Of a stretch of DNA of 64,000 nucleotides, positions 51,055 to 64,000 are shown piece by piece (within the stretch, counting starts at the first letter, position 1; each line of letters opens with the position of its first letter). The DNA is from Paragordius varius. Lineage: Eukaryota; Animalia; Nematomorpha. The stretch spans positions 2,418,001 through 2,482,000 of the forward strand of contig OZ176054.1 of NCBI GenBank assembly GCA_964247055.1, written 5' to 3'. The translations under genes were made by a program, and so were the position numbers. The notes beneath the pieces are model-generated. The model was not told the DNA's origin, made no database searches, and worked only from the letters and a program-made list of their open reading frames with translations.

Positions 51055-53494
51055 ATGGTTGACAAGTTAGGTGTGTTTTCGATATTTTTTAAATTTTAAT
51101 TATATAAAAAATCTAATTTTTATTTTTGGTTAGCCAACACTGAAGCAAACACAAGACGGATTCAATTCGTTGAAAGCTGTTTTGGCACATCAGGCCAACC
51201 ATTACTTATTCCAGGTAGAGTTTTGGTGGGGGAAGGTGTGTTGACAAAAATATGTCGTAAGAAACCAAAACCTCGACAATTCTTTCTTTTCAACGATATT
51301 CTCGTTTATGGCAATATTGTTATCAATAAGAAAAAGGTATAATTCTATATAATATATTTAGTATAATAAGCAACATATCATTCCCCTTGAAGAAGTTAAA
51401 ATAAAAAGTTTACCAGATGAGGGTAGCCTGAAGAATGGATGGTTAATTTCAAGTCGAACCAAATCTTTTGCGGTATATGCTGCTACTGGAACGGAAAAAT
51501 CGGAATGGATCGCGCACATAAATAAATGTATTGGTGACTTATTGGCCAAAAGTAAAATCAATTATATATATATCCCCCAAAATTGAATTTTGTATCATAA
51601 AACATATAAATACATCATATTTAAATAAAAAATTTTTAAATAACCTGTGATTATAAATAATTTTTTATAACTAGTTTATGAATTATCCAACACAATGAGC
51701 TCAAATAATCAAATTAAATTTCCAATTATTAAACTTAAAAATCAAATATCCATCGAATAATATTTATTATTACCATTCCAAATAATTTTCAGATAAATTA
51801 AATTCATTTTAAAAATCTGTAGGTCGGATTTTACCAGTTATTAACGCATTTATGCTCGTGATTAACCGTGACTAAAATGAGAAGATAATTATGGTTTTTA
51901 AATAAATTAATTGAAAATACTTTTTAAAATTGTTTTTGTTATTACCATATTATATAAACTATTGAAATCGATTTGAACCGTTACATAGCATTTATTATAT
52001 TTTTGACAATATAAAAATCCAACACCTAGTTATAAAGTAATAATTAGTCTATATATTTTCTTTATTATTGGGTTCATTTTATAAACCTCATCATTATCTT
52101 TTTTTTATTTTTATGTAAGAATTTGGTTTTAATTAAATTATTAAATTTTAGCTGGGAAAACTGCCGCATCTGAACATGCTGCTCCTTGGGTTCCTGACTC
52201 AGAAGCTTCCATATGCATGCATTGCAAAAAGGCTCAATTTACGCTTATAAACAGAAGGGTACGCTATTTTGGTTTTCGCTTCAAAGATTTTTAAAAATGA
52301 ATTTTAAATATGTACTTTGTAAACATTTTTTTTCCTTTGAGTTAAAGAAGGTGAGACTAATTAATTTATTATATATACCATTACAGTTCAAATTTATTCT
52401 TGAACAATTTAAATTCACCCTTGAACAATTCAAATACACCCTAAAAAACAATTATGTGTTTTCCTAATATAACTCATTATTAATATGAAATATATCTTTA
52501 TGGCATAGTTTATTGAGGGTGCATTTGAATTGTTTAAAGGTGAATTTAAATTGTATAAGGGTGACTTTGAATTGTTCAAGGGTGAGTTTGAATTAAATGG
52601 TATTATAAAGCTTAAATAGATATTTGTTTTATGACGCATATTTATAAACAATATATTTGATGGGTTTGTTAATGCGAACGGTCCTTATCGTTTTGTGGAA
52701 AAACGTCATTGTACGATTATATCGAAAATTTTTAACATATAAATTAAATTTTATAAAAATTTAAATACTGAAACTTTTTGAAAAAATGCCTAATTTTTTA
52801 GTTTATATTTTTAATGATATTCATGAAATATACCTATTAGATTCATTATAAATCAATAATATATAAGTATTAGACAGGAGTGTGAATTATTTAATTGAAG
52901 TTTTCCCATAACGGATTTTATATTTAAATAGGCTTAGATGAAATTTTTCAAGAGAAACTTATTTTTTAACCTGAATTATTACTTGTTTTGGGTTGCGAAA
53001 TAGGAGTTGATGTGTTAGCGCATTCAAATATATATTTTACAATTGTTATCATTGAAGTTATTTATAAAATAATGGATAAATAATATGGGTTTTTCCGTTT
53101 TTATATTTTATAATAATCAAGGAAGCTACATTACGGAGAAAAAAATCAAAAGATTTCACTATTAACTTTTATATGCTAAATAGGAAAATGATTTCTTATA
53201 TGTGTATTTCTTATTAATTTTACCCCAAGTACCATAAAATTTAAATTATTCTCCTTCTAAATAGCACCATTGTAGAAACTGTGGTCTTGTGGTTTGTGGT
53301 GCGTGTGGAAGTAAAAAGTTTTTACTCCCACACCAATCATCTAAACCGTTACGAGTTTGCTTGACTTGTTATGATAAACTCATCAGCAGTAGTAGTGATT
53401 CGATGGGTGCTTCAACAAAATTTCATTCAAATAATAACGCAAATATTGGTGTTCCAGGAACTCAAAACTCTAACAATTTGAATGATGACTCAGG

Positions 53495-53531
<37 letters not shown>

Positions 53532-55315
53532 GTTTTCTAAAAATGTTGTAAACTATTGTTAAAATTTATACCACCAGAAGATATATTTGTCTTTGTTAGT
53601 CTGCTTTGGATTTTTTGATTAAATTTTTTTGTTAAAATAATAACCTACAACTCAGATTTATCTATGTTTTTGTGAAATTTGTGTTCAAATTTTGTTTAAA
53701 TGGCACGTTTTTGTTATTAAAGATTTATTTTATGATGCTAAAAGTTTGTGCGCATAACTTATTATTAACGAAGCATTTTCAATTTAAATTAAGCTTAAAC
53801 CTGTTTTAGATTTAAATTTATCTTTTTTAGCTATTTTACAAGACCTAACATTCATACATATTTCACCATTGAATCAAAATCAATGATATTATAACCTTGA
53901 TAAAATTTTTGTTCAACTTCAGATATATAAATTTAAAATTTGCCAAAACTTTATACCAGATTCCTCAAGCACGGACAATGATGATGAAACTAATGCGAGC
54001 GATGATAACGTTTTGGCACAAAATTCTAACACTGTTGCCACGTATAACAGTTTCCAAGATACTACTAAAAGTAACAGTTTATAAAGATAACCGACTAGTT
54101 AAGAAAAAATATTTTTTTAAGGTTTATTAAATCGTGAAATATAAAATTGAGTGTGTGGCATTTATTTGCATATAAACCGATATGTTATAAAAAATTAAGG
54201 TTAATTTATAAAAAAATATATTTGCCTTTACTCTTGTGTTTTATCTTCATTTTTTTATGTCGCTACATGTGTATTTACATTGTTAATCAGGTAATGAATC
54301 ATTATTTACTTAATGCCAAAATAAATATTACCGACATTTGTGTTTAGACGATACATCAACACCAAAAGTAAACCTAATAGATGGCGCAGAAACTCCCAAT
54401 AGGTCTCTACCCCCTCCCATTCCACCTCCGCCCACAAATACACCCATTAAACGAGAAGGTAACACAGCAGACGAAACAAAAACACAAACAACTGTTTTAA
54501 CTGAAAATTCCAATATACTGCACAATGTAAGTTTAATTTATTGCTAAACATTATAATCAATTTTATTATAATCTTTGATAAAACCGTCTTGTAAAAGCAT
54601 TAGAGTTTAAGTAAATATACCATACTATTTTTTCATTATTGCCAGTTAGTGTTTAGAAAGAGAGCAATATGGTTTAAATTTGATGATAATTATGTGTTTA
54701 TTGACATTTTCCTTATTAGCTCTTCACTTAAATACTGATTGGCATTAATATTTAGTAAAAAATTACTATATCTACAAAGTTATTTCCCATATTACTGTAA
54801 ATAAATAAATCTTAATATGGCTAATGCCCCCATTTAAAACTAGGGCTATAAATATTTTTTTGAAAATGACTCTCTTTTTACCTTATGCCTATAATGAATC
54901 TTATTTTGGAACCTCCCAATTTTTTCTTAATGAATGTTTATTTTTTAAAAAATTATTAACATAAGTGTTACTAACAAATTTATTTATGCTAATTAATTTT
55001 TGTTATATTAAAATTAAATTGGCCAAATTTTTCTCTTTTATGGCATACGTTTTTTAAAATATATATTATCTGTAATTCTACATCGATTTTATTGAATAAA
55101 ATATACTAATATGTTTTTTGTTTGTGATATAGACAACAGATCACCTTATTAATGACGATATTACTAGCAGCAAAACATTTAGCAATGGTCATACTAAGGA
55201 CTTACTCGATGACAGTACTGAAAATTTAATGGGGGACATTGCTAAAAATTCGGACAAAGAAAATCGTTTATCAAAAGATTTGGAAGGCGTCGAATTTTCC
55301 ACCCAAACTCAATGA
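51055..55315 (+). CDS. PLEKHF2: Pleckstrin homology and FYVE domain protein (Phafin2), ~405 aa, 8 exons
   Basis: Exons 51055-51070, 51134-51336, 51362-51551, 52152-52258, 53265-53493, 53960-54070, 54348-54526, 55133-55315 (1218 nt). MVDKLANTEANTRRI, PH domain (GRVLVGEGVLTKICRKKPKPRQFFLFNDILVYG), FYVE (WVPDSEASICMHC...RRHHCRNCGLVVCGAC...RVCLTCY), acidic DDSDSSSTDNDDE motif. Confidence 0.96.
51337..51361 (+). other. 25-nt micro-intron (PLEKHF2 intron 2)
   Basis: GTATAATTCTATATAATATATTTAG, in-frame TAA at codon 2. Removal gives YGNIVINKKK|YNKQHIIPLE, as in recalled vertebrate Phafin2. Confidence 0.95.
52376..52602. mobile_element. Family C MITE copy 3 in PLEKHF2 intron 4
   Basis: TACCATTACAGTTCAAATTTATTCTTGAACAATTTAAATTCACCCTTGAACAATTC ... 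GAATTGTTCAAGGGTGAGTTTGAATTAAATGGTA. Confidence 0.8.
53496..53527. repeat. (TA)n microsatellite immediately after a PLEKHF2 5' splice site
   Basis: Read directly. Other (TA)n runs occur at ~4090, 4602, 7517, 21043 and 41520. Confidence 0.9.
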
Positions 55316-56157
55316 AAATTTGAATTAAAATTATTTTTTATTATAGAAAATTTTATATTATATTTATAATATATTTTCCACTTATATACAAGAGACAAAT
55401 ATTTCAGTTACATATTTCTTTTTGGGTTGGCTTACAAATTATGCTTTAAACTATATTATTATTTTTTATTGGTTTGCTCACATGCATATGTAATTCAATA
55501 TCTTTTTATTCGATACAAAATATAAAGTTTTCAATCATTTTATATATAATTTATTCAATTTAATTTGATATAAGTGCACTTTATGACAAATTATATATTT
55601 TATTGCATCTTCGAGATTTAAGTTTAAAATTGATTTCATAATTACATATTAATTTTATCGATTATAAACAAGCACCACAAAAGTATTGGGTGTTTGGTTT
55701 CAACCATATATATTACAGGATAAAAATATTTTAAATAAATAAAAAAATTATATTATTGTTTATAAATTATTTTTAATATATTATTTTGATTAAATAAATA
55801 TTGAAAATTTATAATTGTTATGTAACTATAATATAAATTAGCATGAAAGAACTTAGGTTATAGTTTTTTAGACATATTGTAAAAAAATAATAAAATGATA
55901 ATTAAAATATATATCTTTTTAAGATGGCTTAATATTAATAAAAATAGCCATGTAAGTATCGTTTTTTATACGTCCAAAATTAAATTTGTCTACATGATTT
56001 GTAAAACAAAAGTGAAATAGCTTCAAGGAAGGACAAATATGTTTTCAAATGATGCTATTTTACATGTAAAACAAATTAAATATCAAATTTTCTACTTATT
56101 TTATTCTAAAAAATAGCAAAAACTGACCATATGTCAATTCAAAATTTAACTTAATAA

Positions 56158-63468
<7,311 letters not shown>

Positions 63469-64000
63469 CGAGCAATACATATATACAAAAATGCAATAAA
63501 ATTTTAAAGCATATATAACCTTACTTTTACTTTAATAAATAATAATTTCCTAATTTCTTAGTCTTTTATGAGAGAGTATTAATAGAGTTTTTAAAAGCGC
63601 GGTAATTTTTTTTGTAAACCGCTCTGATTAAATGAAATCTACGTCCAGAAAAAATTGGATATTATGTAGTTTTTTATTTAAATTTTTAGAAAAACCAATT
63701 TTATAACAAAGAGAAAATACTGGGCGCATAGCATCATCAGATATAACATAAATGAAATCAAATATCAAATACTTATTTGAAAAAAGAATTATTTCAAAGT
63801 TTTTCATAAATATTTATATTTACGTCGCAGATGGTACAAAAGATCCCATAATAACCATATATACCAGGTGCATTCCTAAGTTATTACCGGTTTAACTTAG
63901 AGAAGACGCCATAGCAAAGTACTCAGACGATTAATTTGATATATACCCCATATTTATTAATTTGACAAAATACGACAAACACACACAAATTAGGTTCACC

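Noticed and set aside
50880-51065. N-terminal 62 codons of minus-strand ORF 50766-51065 overlapping the PLEKHF2 start
   Set aside because: It begins at a non-ATG codon and is low complexity; DNAJC25 homology and a signal-like sequence start at ATG 50879.
44730-52602. Short regularly repeated ~20-bp units that could suggest a CRISPR array
   Set aside because: No unique spacers; the units are MITE subterminal repeats in a eukaryotic genome with no cas genes.
63690-64000. Possible minus-strand terminal exons with a 21-nt GT-AG segment near the window end
   Set aside because: Upstream frame is closed by a stop with no clear acceptor, and there is no recognisable homology.

Overview
AT-rich, intron-rich animal (metazoan) genomic DNA using the standard code. 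Seven spliced genes were rebuilt by hand, with reading frame checked across every GT-AG junction: RIPOR/FAM65 (+, 20 exons, ~2191 aa), COG8 (-), ATG4 (+), GET4 (+), DNAJC25 (-), PLEKHF2/Phafin2 (+) and an SLC3A1/rBAT-like membrane-anchored GH13 protein (+). Intergenic and intronic space holds nested hAT elements, Tc1/mariner MITEs, other MITEs and RTE-type LINE relics. The main result is a separate class of ultra-short introns. Ten of the 69 inferred introns are 22-32 nt, the next shortest is 63 nt, and the rest run up to 2.3 kb. Nine of the ten lie in the first ~275 coding nt, so 5' introns are the shortest, the reverse of the usual pattern. All gene models and family calls come from manual reading and recalled homologue sequences; no alignment, database search or RNA evidence was available.
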